This document shows, in pieces, positions 23,291-36,526 of a stretch of DNA of 64,000 nucleotides. The notes below the pieces were generated by a model. It saw nothing but the letters and a program-made list of their open reading frames with translations, ran no database searches and was not told where the DNA came from. Position numbers and translations under genes: made by a program. Origin of the DNA: Sphaerodactylus townsendi (lineage: Eukaryota); NCBI RefSeq assembly GCF_021028975.2, contig NC_059437.1, positions 35,464,001 to 35,528,000 on the forward strand, in the 5' to 3' direction. The stretch's first letter is position 1; each line of letters starts with the position of its first letter.

Positions 23291-25070
23291 TCTTTTGCTT
23301 CTGCACAATAAAGTTTCGGAGTTTTAAAAAATTGTTTGTAAGGATGAGAATGATCTTTTCCCTCCTGAATCAGAACAAGCGAAACTTCAGTTATTTTGTT
23401 TATTTTATGTGTGTATCCTATGATAAACGTAATGTGTTTTTAGTTACAATTGATCTTAGTAGGACGTTAGTGTTCGGATTAACCTTGGATTCAATACTTT
23501 CCATGCACCCAGTTGCCAGTCATTAACCAGAAAAATGAAATGATGCATGGGCGTGTGAAATCCAACCCGTAATCACCAAATGCAAATTTGCTAGACCCCA
23601 TTTTAGATGTGGCTTTGTTTATACAAATATAGCTGCTTTAAATCAGGACAGGAAACTCTGTGAGGCACTTTTGGATGTATGTAGGACTCTTCACCTGCTT
23701 CTCTGTTATTGTAATTAATTTTAGTGTTCTCTGATGTGATATGTTAAGCATACAGTAGAAAGCCAACCTTTGCCTGAAAACTGAAGGAGATCCTTCACAC
23801 TTTCTATACACACACGTGTGTAGAAGAAATATCGTTTCCCCAAACACCTCCTTTGGTTGCTTGTTTAGCGTGCCTCTCATTGCTGCTTAAAGACTATAGA
23901 GAGGTGTTTGAACACACAGGGTTGAAAGCAGGGTGTGCTTTTTTGTTTTTTTAGGATAATGCATACTCAGTTTACCCCCAAGGTTGATTGTGTGCCCAAT
24001 GGCACTACAATTCCTTCCGTTCCTCTCAATTTTGCTGGCTCCCCTCCCCTTTTTTTATAGTGTTCTTCTATTTTGCAGGGCAAAGGAAATGTGGCATGCT
24101 GCTGGTTTGTCTTTTGGAAAGGTCAGGAAGTCCTTTGAAGATGTTTTTATCTCTAGCGGGGGAGGGGGATACACAGGGAGCCAGCTATTCCCCCCACCGC
24201 CACTGCTGTATTTCCATCAGCCATGACGAGCAACCATGTCCATCTTTGTTGTTTCTTTTTTCTTAGATTAGTAGAGGTGGGAGTGGTTTTAAGAGGCAAA
24301 ACTGTACAGGGGAGAAGAATGGAAATAACCTTCCTTCTTACAGCAGCCCAGATTTGCCTAAAATGATGTGTTGTTCTGTGATCGCCTTGGTATCTTGCTT
24401 GACCCTGAGAAGGGTCGAGAAAGATTGGTGGTAAAGAGGCCCAGCTCATCTCCCTGATAAATTCTCTACAATTTAGTTCAAAGAAACATTCCCCAGGGTA
24501 CACACACTGTTCCCAGGGCAACCAGTTCTGGGGGTGGCCCATCTGAGAACACCACATTTTAGCATATCTTTGTCCCACCATTCTTGACAAAGGGCACAAG
24601 AGGGAGCTCTTGTACTAACACAACTTTCTCAAACTGGTCCCTGGAACCTCCCCCTCCCAAAGAATATGCATGAAGTGTCCTGTAGTAAATTTGAGGCAGG
24701 GGTAGAGTACCTGCTTGACATGCAGATATCCAAGTTTCACTTCCTGACATCTCCAGTTTTGAGGGTTGCTGCCAGTCAGTGCACACACTACTAACTTTGT
24801 TGTAAGGCAGCTCCGTGCATATGCATGTGTGTTGAACTGCCCTCCCCTTGGACCAAAAAAATACAATCACCAGCAACTTCACAATCACTTTTCTGGGTAT
24901 CCTGTTTGCCAACCCCAGCCTGGATATCACTTTGCAGAGGCAACTGGGTGAAGGAGCAGTCATTTCTCCTCCTGCTAGGTGCCCAAGAAGGCTTGGCCTT
25001 CTCCAATCTTGAAAAGCTTCCCAAAGAGTCTTTGGTGTATCACTCAGACTTCTGCCACTTCTTACCATCC

Positions 25071-25368
25071 AGAGCCAATGTGATCTAGTGGTTAACAGCA
25101 ATGGACTCTCATCTGGAGAACTGGGTTTGATTTCTTACATGAGGGGTATATTCACATGAGGGGTAGATTCTAATCTGGTGAATGAGGATTTTCCCCCACT
25201 CCTCCACACTCAACCTGCTGTGACCTTGGGCTAGTCACAGTTCTCTCAGAGCTCTCTCAGCCCTACCAACCTCACAAGGTGTCTGTTGTGGGGAGAGGAA
25301 AGGAAGGAGTTTGTAAGCCTCTGAGACTCCTTATAGTTGAGAAAGCAGTTTATAAATCCAAAATCTTC
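25071..25368 (+). mobile_element. tRNA-derived SINE (Squam3-like)
   Basis: Collinear similarity to 20511-20819. Confidence 0.8.
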
Positions 25369-25839
25369 CAGGAGAAGAAGGCGTAACAAAAGCATGTGTC
25401 TCATCAGCTTTGTCCTCAGCCTCTATCCGATAGGACAGAGCTGATCCCTTGCAGCTGGTTAGCACTACCCACCCCCTTCCGCAATTTTTAGTCTTCCCCA
25501 CCCTGAAACAGAGAAGTTGTGGCCAGGCCAAACTGCCATCAAAGAATGGTGAGGGAGAAGGAGAGGTTCTAGCAACAGGCCTGGGAAAACTTTGGCCTAA
25601 TACACAGCAAGAGCTACTGTATCATAATGGGCAGAATGGCTCTAAAGCTCTTGTTCATGATCTCTCTTCTGTTGAAGTGGGCTTTATCCTACAAAAACTT
25701 TCTTCATGCTAACAGATAAGAGTTAGTCCAATCCAGGATGCATAGGATTGTACTGCGCATGTATTAGTTACAAGGTAGCACACAAAGGTTTTTGTTGTGT
25801 TGCTGAAACAGACTGTGTACACCTAAGCAGAGTTACACC

Positions 25840-25949
25840 CAGTGGTTCTGGTGGTGGGATTGAAATAATTTAACAATTGGTTGTATACGAGAGGCATTTT
25901 AACAATTGGTTCTGCTGAAGTGGTGCGAACCTGCTGAATCCCACCACTG
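25840..25949. mobile_element. Short hAT MITE
   Basis: Ends CAGTGG.../...CCACCACTG; perfect 8-bp TSD GTTACACC (25832-25839, 25950-25957); ends related to 55977-56384. Confidence 0.85.
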
Positions 25950-26329
25950 GTTACACCCGTCTACATTCACTGAAGTAAATGGGTTTGGAAGTTAGGAGGG
26001 CACTATGGCACAGTGACTTATCTGATGAGAGACCTTTTCCTTTCTTTATCTAATTGATATCTCTCTAGGAAGATAAATGCCAGAAATAAAAACTTCTGCC
26101 CTGTCTGTGCGTTGCCTCCGCAATGTTCTTCACAGACACCCTTAAATTATGCTTAGAAGCAAATTGGCAGCTTGTGAAACCTGTTTAGTACTGGCAACAA
26201 GACTGGCTTAATTGGTATTTTTATTGTATTTTTTATGTATTTCCATGTTCTGACTAGTTTGGCTGGACATAGATGGAAAGAGAAATAAAGAGATGCCTAG
26301 AAGCAAGCCTGAATTTGCTTATTTTCATT

Positions 26330-26535
26330 TAGGGTTGCCAACTTCATTTTGCGAAAGTTCTGGAAATTTGGGGGTGGGACCTTGGAAGGTCGAGTTTGGG
26401 AAGGGGAGGGACTTCAGCAGGGTTTAGTGCCATAGAGATCACCCTATTTTCTCTTGGGGAATGAATCTCTGTTTTCTGGAGATCAGTTGTAATTCTCAGA
26501 AATCTCCAGGCCTCACCTGGAGATTGGCAGCTCTA
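26330..26535. mobile_element. TAGGGTTGCCA-ended non-autonomous element, uninterrupted copy of the host family
   Basis: Ends TAGGGTTGCCAA / TTGGCAGCTCTA; related copies at 27383-27944, 32937-33618, 35475-35851 and 39107-39534. Confidence 0.7.
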
Positions 26536-27491
26536 CTTTCAACCCTCTTCTTTCTTTGCTTCTGGTCAACCCAAAGTAACAAAAAGTAGATTGCAAACTC
26601 ATTTGGGCTGGACTTCCCCCCACCCTTTTGTTCACAAAACTGTATCAAGTGCCATATACATTAACAATACTGTGGAAATGCCTTCACAATCGTCCACACA
26701 ATAAATCTGCATTCTTATACCACCTCAGCTACTGAGGGTACAGCAGCTTGTACTTGCTGATCAATTCCTCTCCCCTCCTCTCGCCACCTCCTCTGTGCAG
26801 AGATTACTTCACACACAAATTCCCTTTCACACATAGGCATGCAGCCACAGACTCCATACAAGCTCTTGTTTTCAGAGAAGGATTTATTTATGTCTTGGCG
26901 GCCTTGTGAATGTGAAAAGGTGGGAGGAGATCCCACCCCACCCTAAGGATTCCTTTCATGTGGAAATCAGAGAGAGAGGGGAACACTACAAGGGTCACAA
27001 GAGAAAGGGGTGACTCTTAATTACTCCAAGAGAAAGCTCAAACTCTGATGGCAATGGTTTCATGGACGGGAGAGCAACTTCCTTCAAATGTCTTTCATGT
27101 CAGAATCTCAGCGGGATGTTTTGCTTACAGATGCCCTTCTTCAATGTCTCCTTGCAGAGATACCACGGACAGATGGGGAGCAGGCTTGGAAGTATTTCCA
27201 ACAGTGTTTCCCAAACTTCTTTTTTTCTGAATTGAAATTGGAGGTACCCTTATTCTTCAAAGTTTTACTTTTACAGAATGTAAGAGTAAGACCAATCCAC
27301 TCTCAAAGGAGGCCAGCTCCAACTGAGTCACTTTGTGCTTTCGGGACACAAACAAGGGCCCATTGGGAGAGTCAGTGCCATCTACAGTGGCCAACTCCCG
27401 GATGGAAACTTTGGGGATGGATATGGAGGTGGAACCTGGGGGGGCAGGTTTGGGGAAGCAAGGGATCTTAACGGAGAATAATGTCATGGAG

Positions 27492-27832
27492 CAGTGATGG
27501 CTAACCTTTTAGAGACTGAGTGCCAGGGACGGAGCAAGGGAAAACTGCGCCTGGGGCACATGTGTGCCCTGTGCCCCTGCCACGCCCATGTTTGTCCCCA
27601 CCCTGCCCTGGAACGCCTGCAGAATGCTCTGAAACATCCCCACCATGTCCCACGTCCCCAGAACGCCCTCGCCTCACCCCCACAGGGTTGCGTGCGCAGT
27701 GTGTCGTGCACTCTCTGCCTCCTTGGCATTATGCCACTGCCAAGTGCCCAAAGTGGGGCGACGGTGCGCGGGCCCACAAAGAGGGCTCTGAGTGCTACCT
27801 CTGGCACACGTTCCATAGGTTCGCCACCACTG
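27492..27832. mobile_element. hAT (Charlie-like) MITE carrying a nested hAT MITE at 27524-27739
   Basis: TIRs CAGTGATGGCTAACCT/AGGTTCGCCACCACTG; TSD TCATGGAG/TCATAGAG; inner element flanked by CTGAGTGC/CCAAGTGC. Confidence 0.88.
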
Positions 27833-29234
27833 TCATAGAGTGTCCTCCAAAGCAGCCATTTTCTATAAGGATTGGGCTTGGTTGTTGGGAGATCATTTAT
27901 AATTCTGGAATTTCTCCTGGCTCCATCTGGAAGTTGGCAACCTAGCAATGAGCAGCCTTCTCTAGAAGCAAGTCAGGTTTGCATGATCCAGAGGCAGAGA
28001 TGGGCCAGAATTTCCTACTCCCGGTGGGGGTGTTTGGAAGAAGGCAAGAATAGAGCATTGCTACAGCATGCAGAGACAACAGGCAGCCTCCTTTGGGAAT
28101 GAGAATTCAATTGTGCTTCTATTTATTGATTTTTTTGCAGCACACTAGCCACTCTCTTTTGTACCACAACACACAATTTGGGAATTGGTCATCTGAAGCA
28201 GACAGCTCTGAAATGTCACACGCAGTCAAGAAGTTGCATACCATTCTGTAAGTGAACGTCTATAACGTATCATGCCCATGAAAAGAACCTTCATATACAA
28301 CGAAATATTATGGCAGGGTACAATGCAGCCAAAGGCAAGTACTTTAAGGAACACTGAATCCAGTGGGACCAAAAATAAATGTTTTTGGATGGATAGTATC
28401 CAGAGTAGTATTGTGTGATGCAAAGAGAGCTACATCTCAAAAGCAAGGGCTATCTGACTACACTGCGTGGGTGCCCCAGAGACATTTTTGACATTTATTT
28501 ATTTAGATATATTTGTATCTAACTTTCCAATAGGGACCCAAAGCAACTTAAAATATTGTTCTCCTTTCCTCCATTTTAGCCTTACAAGAACAACCCTGAT
28601 TGTTAGGCTGTGAGAGGGTGACTATGGTCCCCCAAGAAGCTTTCCTGACAGAGTGAAGTGGACTGGGGGATTGAACAGCTGCTTTGTTTAAGAGCACCTG
28701 TTGGAGGAAGTGCACCCCATGAGGAGGGGAGGGGAAAACATGTCATCTGCAGATGAGCTCAGCAGTTGGGAGATATCTGTGGATGTGAAAAGAGGACCAG
28801 GCCTAATTTCTTTTGCAAATGAAGATGTGCAACCTGGAATAACCCCACCAGATCTCCCCATGGGAGTCCTTTGATAAGATCGATGGGAATCAGGACCAAA
28901 AAGACTTCCCTTAAGCACAAGGCTGCTGGGAGGGGAGAACTGGGGTACCAGATTTTAGGAGGAGCCTGGCTTGCTCAGAAAGCCAGGCAAGATGCCACTG
29001 GAAATAAGTAGCAGAACACCCACACATGCATCTTCTCTGCAATCTGAGGGAACGATGAGGGCATGCTCAGGAGGCTCTTTGTGGCCCTGCTGTGGCAAAC
29101 CATCAAGGGCTTTTGTCACCTTGGTCAACTCACTTTCTTGACAGGCCAATATGGAAGGGGAGTGAGGGGTAATTCCAGAATTTGTTTTCCCCAAGTATAC
29201 ATTGTTATTACTGAGCCTTAAGTAGTGCCTAGCC

Positions 29235-29694
29235 CAGTGATGGCGAACCTTTTTGAGACTGAGTGCCCAAATTGCAACCCAAACTCCACTTATTTATCAC
29301 AAAGTGCCAACCCGGCAATTTAACCTGAATGCTGAGGTTTTAGTTTAGAAAAAAACGGTTGGCTCCCTCTTCCTCCGCCCCACACGCTTGAGCAGGGGTC
29401 AGCTTGCTCTAGCCTCTAGCAAGTCCTGCATGCACCACTCTATGCCTCTCTAGCATCTCTGCCTCCTCTGCGCGCCCCCTCAGGCAACAGCCACCCTGAG
29501 GACAGGCACCAGGCCCTCCAGCCAAGTCCTCACCTCACCGTGGTGCGCGCACATCGTGCTTAGTGGCCCAGGCCAGCCTAGATGTGTGTGTGTGGGGGGG
29601 TGTGATTTTCCGCCCCCCACATGATGAACTCTGTGTGCGTGTGCCCACAGAGAGGGCTCCGGGTGCCAGATGTACCATAGGTTCGCCATCACTG
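29235..29694. mobile_element. hAT (Charlie-like) MITE, same family as 19926-20335
   Basis: TIRs CAGTGATGGCGAACCT/AGGTTCGCCATCACTG; perfect TSD GCCTAGCC. Confidence 0.92.
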
Positions 29695-30597
29695 GCCTAG
29701 CCTAAGACTGTCTATGAAACATCCTCTTCTTGCTGATGGGGATGAACACGTGAATTACCAAGTTTTGTTTTTTACTTCTGTACTGGCAGCACAGATCTTA
29801 TGATCTGAAGGAAAGTGGTTGCAGAAAAAAAAATGTGAGTCAGCATTATGGTGACCGCCACACAATGTTATATAAGATAGATAAATATTGTGATTAGTCA
29901 TTTTAAATGTAAAAGTTACGGCTGGTTTTATGTTGTAATTTGTATATTGTATACTGTTTGCTTCTTTGCAGGTCTAAATGAATGGATGAAATCAAATAAA
30001 TTCTATTGACAATGTCAAACATCACATTTATATCCCATTCCTCTTCCAAAAAGTAGATGGAATTTTCTCATTCTGCTTTCAAAACAAGCCTGCGAATTAG
30101 GGAAACGACAGGCTCAAAATTGTCCAACTTGGTTCTCTGCTATGCTTCTATTCCACAGAAGTTCAAATGTACAGTTTCATATGAAGTAGTCTGCATTTCT
30201 GCATCCCCAGAATCATTTCAAACATTGCTCCAGGAGTTACAGTGAAATTTCAGAAGCAAGTCCAGAAAGCACATTCTGTTTTTCTGTGGGATGGTCATCC
30301 TGATATTGACTGTTTTCACAGAGCTGAAATTGGATCTGAAGTGGTCAACGCCCCTCTTCCCCCAGAACTGATTTGGGGTCATGACTGCTGCATAAAGGAC
30401 AAAGCCAGATTGTGGCAGAGCAGTTGACATGCAAAGCTGGGTGCTCTAGGTTGGGGCCCCAATGGTCATCCACTTCCCCAAGGAACAAAACTGGAGGGTG
30501 GGATCTGAAAGACTGCAAGAAAATGACGGCATGAACTTTCAAAATCTCTGCCACAGTACATTTGTTAGTCTATCAGGTGCCGCAGATCACTTGTTAT

Positions 30598-30834
30598 CAG
30601 GGGTGTACTGCCCAGGGAGACCCATGAGTCAATTGTCCCCGGGCTGTGGCCATTTAGTTATGGGGAGGCAGAAAATTGTCCCCCACATCCCTCTTCCTTC
30701 CCCCCGGGTCCATACACTGACTTCAAGACCTGGTGCAAAAAAACATTGTTTGGTCGTTGTGGGGGAGGGGGCTGTCCACATGAGGGGGGACTCATCTTTT
30801 GCACTGGGCTACATTTTCCCTAGATACGCTTCTG
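30598..30834. mobile_element. hAT MITE
   Basis: Ends CAGGGGTGTA/TACGCTTCTG; perfect TSD CTTGTTAT (30590-30597, 30835-30842). Confidence 0.85.
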
Positions 30835-31896
30835 CTTGTTATTTTGGCTTCCACACAGGGTTACTGTCAAGATAAAATGGGAGGGAAATGACCCCATATC
30901 CACTGTCAAGATCCTTGAACAAAGGGCAGGATATATTGAGAAACAACACCTGATCAAAACTTGTGATTTGATGCTTCAGCACAATATCTCGGTCTCTGGG
31001 TTCTGTGGGCCATCAAAACATCTTTCCTTTTGAGAAGGAACAAGCTAAGCTGGTGAATTGCCCTTTCCTAATTGGTGCCTCTTATTAGGAGCAGTAATTA
31101 GTAATGTCCACAGCCAAGTGCTCACAGTGTCCCAGACTTACAGAGAAAAAACTGACCTTGCAATAAATCCCTCTATGCAAATGCTTGACTAGCTTGTCTG
31201 TCCCCATCTACCCAACATAGAAAGAACGTGGCCTTAAGAAATCCCTACTTCCTAAATACATGAAAGACAAACATGCATGTCCTGTTGCTCTTCTTATTTT
31301 CTTGGGTTTTAAAATACCCACAACATGGCATTTTATGCCTAGGATGTTAATTACCTAATTCTGTGCTGCAATATATATATGGATTAGCTCCTAGTTTGAT
31401 TCTGGGCACAGTAGAAGACACTGTTTTTAACTTATGAAGCATTAAGTGGACTGGAATCAGAGTATTTGAAGGGCTGCTGTCCTCTACATGAATATGCCTG
31501 GACATGAAATACTTCTGCAGGCCTTCTCTGGGCACCCTCTTTCAGAAATTAGGCAGAGGGATACTACAGACAGGGCCTTTCAAGTGGTGGCGCTTTGACT
31601 TTAGAAATCTTCCCCAGTGAGAAGCCTGGTTGTATCATTATTATCATTTAACCACAGGATGAAGTCAATTCAAAATTTGAACAGTAATTCACTTTATTTG
31701 GTTTTGTACAGCTGGTGAAAATATAAATTTGTATTGTTTACCAGTTTATTCTCATTATTTTATTAGAACTTTGTAAGCCATTTTGAGAGTTTTTAAAGTA
31801 AACATGAACATTTAAACATGTGAACATTTTAAAGTAAACATACTTTTTAATCATGTGAATAACATGAGGAGGTTTACCAGAGCATCAGCTCACTTA

Positions 31897-32037
31897 GGCC
31901 CCTTCTGCACACGCAGAATAATGTGTTTTCAAACCACTTTCACAACTGTTTGCAAGTGGATTTTGTTATTCTGCACAGCTTCAAAGAGGATTGAAAGCAG
32001 TTTGAAAGTGCATTATTCTGCATGTGCGGAAAGAGCA
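31897..32037 (+). mobile_element. ~140-bp Harbinger-like MITE, copy A
   Basis: TIR GGCCCCTTCTGCACACGCAGAATAATG / CATTATTCTGCATGTGCGGAAAGAGC; further copies at 44241-44385 and 49542-49689 (inverted). Confidence 0.8.
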
Positions 32038-32992
32038 ACAGTGGGGATGGGTTCTCTTTTTGAGTAGAAGAATAAGAAGTGTGGCTTTAATTTTGATTCT
32101 AAATATATGTACTTTGTTTATCAAAAGTTTGGGAAATGCCGACTTATGGACACACAAATGGCTACTTTTGAATGTACATAAAATATTTAGAACAAAACTG
32201 TATTTCATTGTGGAAAGTATGCATATATCCTATTTTGCAAGACTGCTAGAAGTATTTGAATTATTGCTTCCCCTGAATGAGAAACAAAATCCACATTAAG
32301 GATGGAATTGTAACTAGCCATTTGCTTGGTTGCCAATGGAAAGTAAAGCCTGAAGCCAGGCAACCAAATATGGAACCCTAACAAAAGCTGTCTCTTTCTT
32401 GAAGGCTAAAAGTGGCTAATGTGATAGCAAGCTGGCTTATTTAAGTGCTATTTGGACTTCATTTGTAAGGTTGTTTTCAAAGAAGTTTGGCTGACTATGT
32501 TAGGGGGTGGGAACAGAATTAACAGATACCTGTCCTGATCTATTTATTCATTTTTTAAAAGTCTAGGGCAAAACTTAGAACATGCAAAAGAAACCAGCTT
32601 TGCATTTGGACTTAGCTCACTCCTCAGTCCTTTAGATAAAACAGCAACTGACTGCAGCTTGAAAAGCAAGTTCCCTTGTTCACAGTACAGAAAAACTGCT
32701 GTAAATGCAATAGGATATAAGCCAAACTGGTTGTTCGCTTTTTAAAAGAATGGGATTCCCAGTTTCTAAAAAATTAAGCAGAGCTGCTGCAGGAATAGGA
32801 AGTACTCCTACTTTCCTTTCAGCCATTTCCATGCTGAAACAGTGCTGGGAGAGAGAGTTATTTCCCTGTTTTGGCTGCTCAGTGTGCACAGAATACTGCC
32901 CGTTGTTCCTCAGACACAGCTCTTTTAAAAAAAGCCTAAGAATGCCAGCTCTGGGATAGGAAAACCCAGGAGATTATGGGGTGGAGCCTAGG

Positions 32993-33422
32993 CAGGGATG
33001 TATCTGCCAGAGGGACATGGGGGGATCAATTGACCCCGGGTGCCACCCATTAGGTCAAGTGGGGGGCGCAAAATTGCCCCCCCCCCTCATGACCNNNNNN
33101 NNNNNNNNNNNNNNNNNNNNNNNNNNNNNNNNNNNNNNNNNNNNNNNNNNNNNNNNNNNNNNNNNNNNNNNNNNNNNNGACCCCGGGTGCCACCCATTAG
33201 GTCAAGTGGGGGGCGCAAAATTGCCCCCCCCCCCTCATGACCTAAAGGAGCAGTGGGCTGGGAGCCTGCTGCACCCCTTGGCAGGCTCCTGGCCTGGCTT
33301 CCCCTTCAGGTTCCTGGCCCGGCTGCAGAGCCTGCCACCCTCGGCTGAGGGGCGCCCTTTGGCAGGCTCCCTGCCCTGGAAAACGTGTGCGTGAGCAGGT
33401 GTTTTATCTTGGTACATCTCTG
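32993..33422. mobile_element. hAT MITE spanning an assembly gap
   Basis: Ends CAGGGATGTA/TACATCTCTG; perfect TSD AGCCTAGG (32985-32992, 33423-33430). Confidence 0.85.
33095..33178. other. Assembly gap (84 N) with duplicated flanks
   Basis: 33032-33094 is repeated at 33179-33242. Confidence 0.97.
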
Positions 33423-35671
33423 AGCCTAGGGTGGGCAGGGAAGGGAGGGATGCCAGTGAGTTATAAATATGCCATAGAAGGAGTTCAGTGGCAATGTGAT
33501 GCCATACAGTCTACCCTCCAAAGCAGCTGCTTTCTCCAGGAGATTTGATCCCTTTTGTCTGGAGATAAGTTGTAATTCCAGGAAACCTTCAGACTCCTCC
33601 TAGAGGTTGACAACTCTAAATTTGGCCCTTATGGCAACTTCAATAGCCCTGAGCTGTTTATAGTGCAACCTTAAGCAGAGTTTCACTGTTCTATTGTGAA
33701 GACAGAAAGATGAAATATACATTTTGTAAAAAATAAATAAACAAACAAATTTAGGTAATCCCATTTAGGATTGCATGATAATGACTGAAATGTGTCCTGT
33801 GGGGAGGGCTAGCCATATAAAAAGGGTAGAATTAATGCTGTGATTCTGCAGGATTATAGAATGTGGTACTGGGCACAGGATTAAGCTTCCTGAGAATTTC
33901 AACCTAATTTTAAACAAAAGAAGTTTCTTGCCCTTATAACAGAAAGGATATGCTGCCAGTGTGTGAGTAACACATCAAACCTCCAAAGCCAGGGGCTTCC
34001 TTTTGAAAGACTGAAATTCCATGCACACTTACCTGAGACTGAGAGACAGCCCAGGTAAATGGAATAGTTCTTCCAAGAGATATGCTAAGGATGGAGCTGT
34101 AGAATCCCGCTGTTCTACATAGTTCCTTGCACCACCCAGTAATTACGAATATCAAAATAAATCATGCAGAATAGAATATGTGTAACTTATACAGCATATG
34201 GAATTTTCTCAGTGCCAAATTCAGACTTTAATTTTTAAAGCACGTGCAGCTGAAAACAACTTGACCTAGTGTTTATATGGTTTTTCTTTGGCATCTGAAG
34301 ACTTACAAATTGAAGTCAGATTTTGATATTTAAAGTAAGATCTCAAACTGTGTTTGACATTTGAACCATCCATTTCTTTGCTAGGAATTTCTCATGTGGT
34401 GTTCCATGCAAACAGAGGGGAATCCAGATCAATTTTTTTAAGCGTCCCTGATCAAGAATGCAACTATTTGTTCTGAGAACTGTTCTCTCTCTCTCTTTCT
34501 CTCTTTCGTTCTCTTTTTCTTTCTTTCACCTGTCAGCCTCTCAGGGATAAAGGTTTTAATTACAGCTCAGGGAGGCCGGTTTCATCCTACAGCAGAACCG
34601 TTGATACTGCCTGGGACAGAAAGGTGGTTGTTTATACACACCTGCCTTAATAAGGTGCAGCATTTCAGCTGAGAAGAATAAGGCAGTGTTTGGTTTCCCC
34701 TTTTTCATGTGAAACACAGCATGCTGGATTGACTGCGATTTGTGACCCAAATTGCCAGGAGCCTCAGTAACAAATACCAGGTGACTGTTTTCGGGGGACC
34801 GAGTGGGAGCTAGGAAAGGAATTGAAAAGGACACCAAGATAGGAGGAATTTTGGCCAGCCAAGGGCTACTCAATGGACAGCTTGTGAAGACATCATTTTT
34901 ACTGTGAATGTAAGGAGTTAGGTGCTTGATAACCCAGGGTCAGGTCTCTACTCTGCCTTGAGAATCTCTAGGAGTCCCTAGGGAAAAAGAACTCTCTGTT
35001 AGTGTAACATACCTAGCAGAGTTGCTATGAAGCTAAAGTTCTATACTCCTTAGAGGAAATGTATTTTACCGTAAGCAAGACACTTCATTAAAAAACAACA
35101 ACTCTGGTAACTGAAATTCTGTGCCCCAAAAAGGTGATTTCTGCAACCTTTGTAGTCTACACAGATTGAATAAATTTGCATGACTTTGCAGTTATTACTA
35201 TTGTGCACAATTTATGGTGATTCCATTGGTCATGGGAAGGAGCAAAGAGATTTACTTGTCATTGATGCTCTGCCTCCAACACTGAGTCACATCTGAAATT
35301 TCAGCAATGAGGGCTAGAAATGGGGGCTAGAAACTTTTCTTTAAGATGAAAGGATTGCAACATGCAACATGTACAAATACATAAAGATAACAAGTAAATA
35401 AAGCAGCTGAGTTGGACACAGGTCAATTTTCTGTCCAAATCCATCCTTCAGTCTTTTGCTTAATTGGCTCTCATTAGGGTTGCTAACCTTCAGCCATGGG
35501 TGGAGATCTCCCACTATTACAACAGATCTTCAGGCCGGAGAGGTCAGTTCAGCTGGGGAAAATGGCTGCTTTGGAAGGTTGACTCTATGGCATTCTACCC
35601 TACTTAAGTCCTTCCACTCCCCAAATCCTGCCATCCTCAGGCTCTACCCCCCCCCCAAAAAAATCTCCAAG

Positions 35672-35814
35672 CAGGGGTGGAACGAGGGGAAACTGCACCT
35701 GGGGTGTGCACACGCTCTGTGCCCCTGCCGCAGTGCTGCCTGCTCCTGCCATGCCCCCCACCGCAGTGCGTGCCCAGGGCGTCGCCCCCCTGTCTCATAT
35801 GCGCTACGCCACTG
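35672..35814. mobile_element. GC-rich hAT MITE nested in host element 35475-35851
   Basis: Ends CAGGGGTGGA/TACGCCACTG; TSD TCTCCAAG/TCTCCAGG. Confidence 0.8.
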
Positions 35815-36376
35815 TCTCCAGGTATTTCCCAACCTGGTGCTGGCAACCCTAGCTTCGATCCACAATCTATTTGCTCTGGAGCAACTCCACTGTTGTCAAT
35901 GGTGCTTCCACTGCAATAAAAATGTTTCATTCGTAACTGCTGAATGCCAGCTTAGAAATGTACAAACAGAAATTAACAAGTGGGAGGAGTAAAGGAGATT
36001 CACCTCTTGCTGTGTGGAGGGAAGGGCGGTTTTCCACTCCAAAAATAGTAATGTGTCAGAGGAGAAGGTCTATTAGAGAAGAGATTAGGAGTGATGACTC
36101 AGGGCAGGTCATATTTCAAGGCAAGCACCTGTACAGCATCCCACTAAGCCTGTAAGCAGTAAACCTCTTAAACCACGGTTCACCTTGGCAGCTCCACCCT
36201 AGTGTGCACACATCTTTCAGCTGAGGCCACAATGATCTCACTTCCCCGATAATGCTGGGCCATGACTATTTTATTTGCATGTGTATAATTAGAGTGGCAT
36301 CATGGGCTCTGGGCTGGAGGCTTTAACCAGGAGCTGATTCCAAGTTGTAAGAATTTCTTCCGGCAGGCAACTGGAG

Positions 36377-36526
36377 TAAGAACATAAGAACAAGCCAGCT
36401 GGATCAGACTGGAGTCCATCTAGTCCAGCACTCTGCTACTCACAGTGGCCCACCAGATACCTTTGGGAGCTCACATGCAGGATGTGAAAGCAATGGCCTT
36501 CTGCTGCTGCTGCTCCCGAGCACCTG
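36377..36526 (-). mobile_element. CR1-type LINE 3' end
   Basis: TAAGAACATAAGAAC tail (minus-strand TTCTTATG repeats) followed by GGATCAGAC...CCATCTAGTCCAGCA. Confidence 0.7.
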
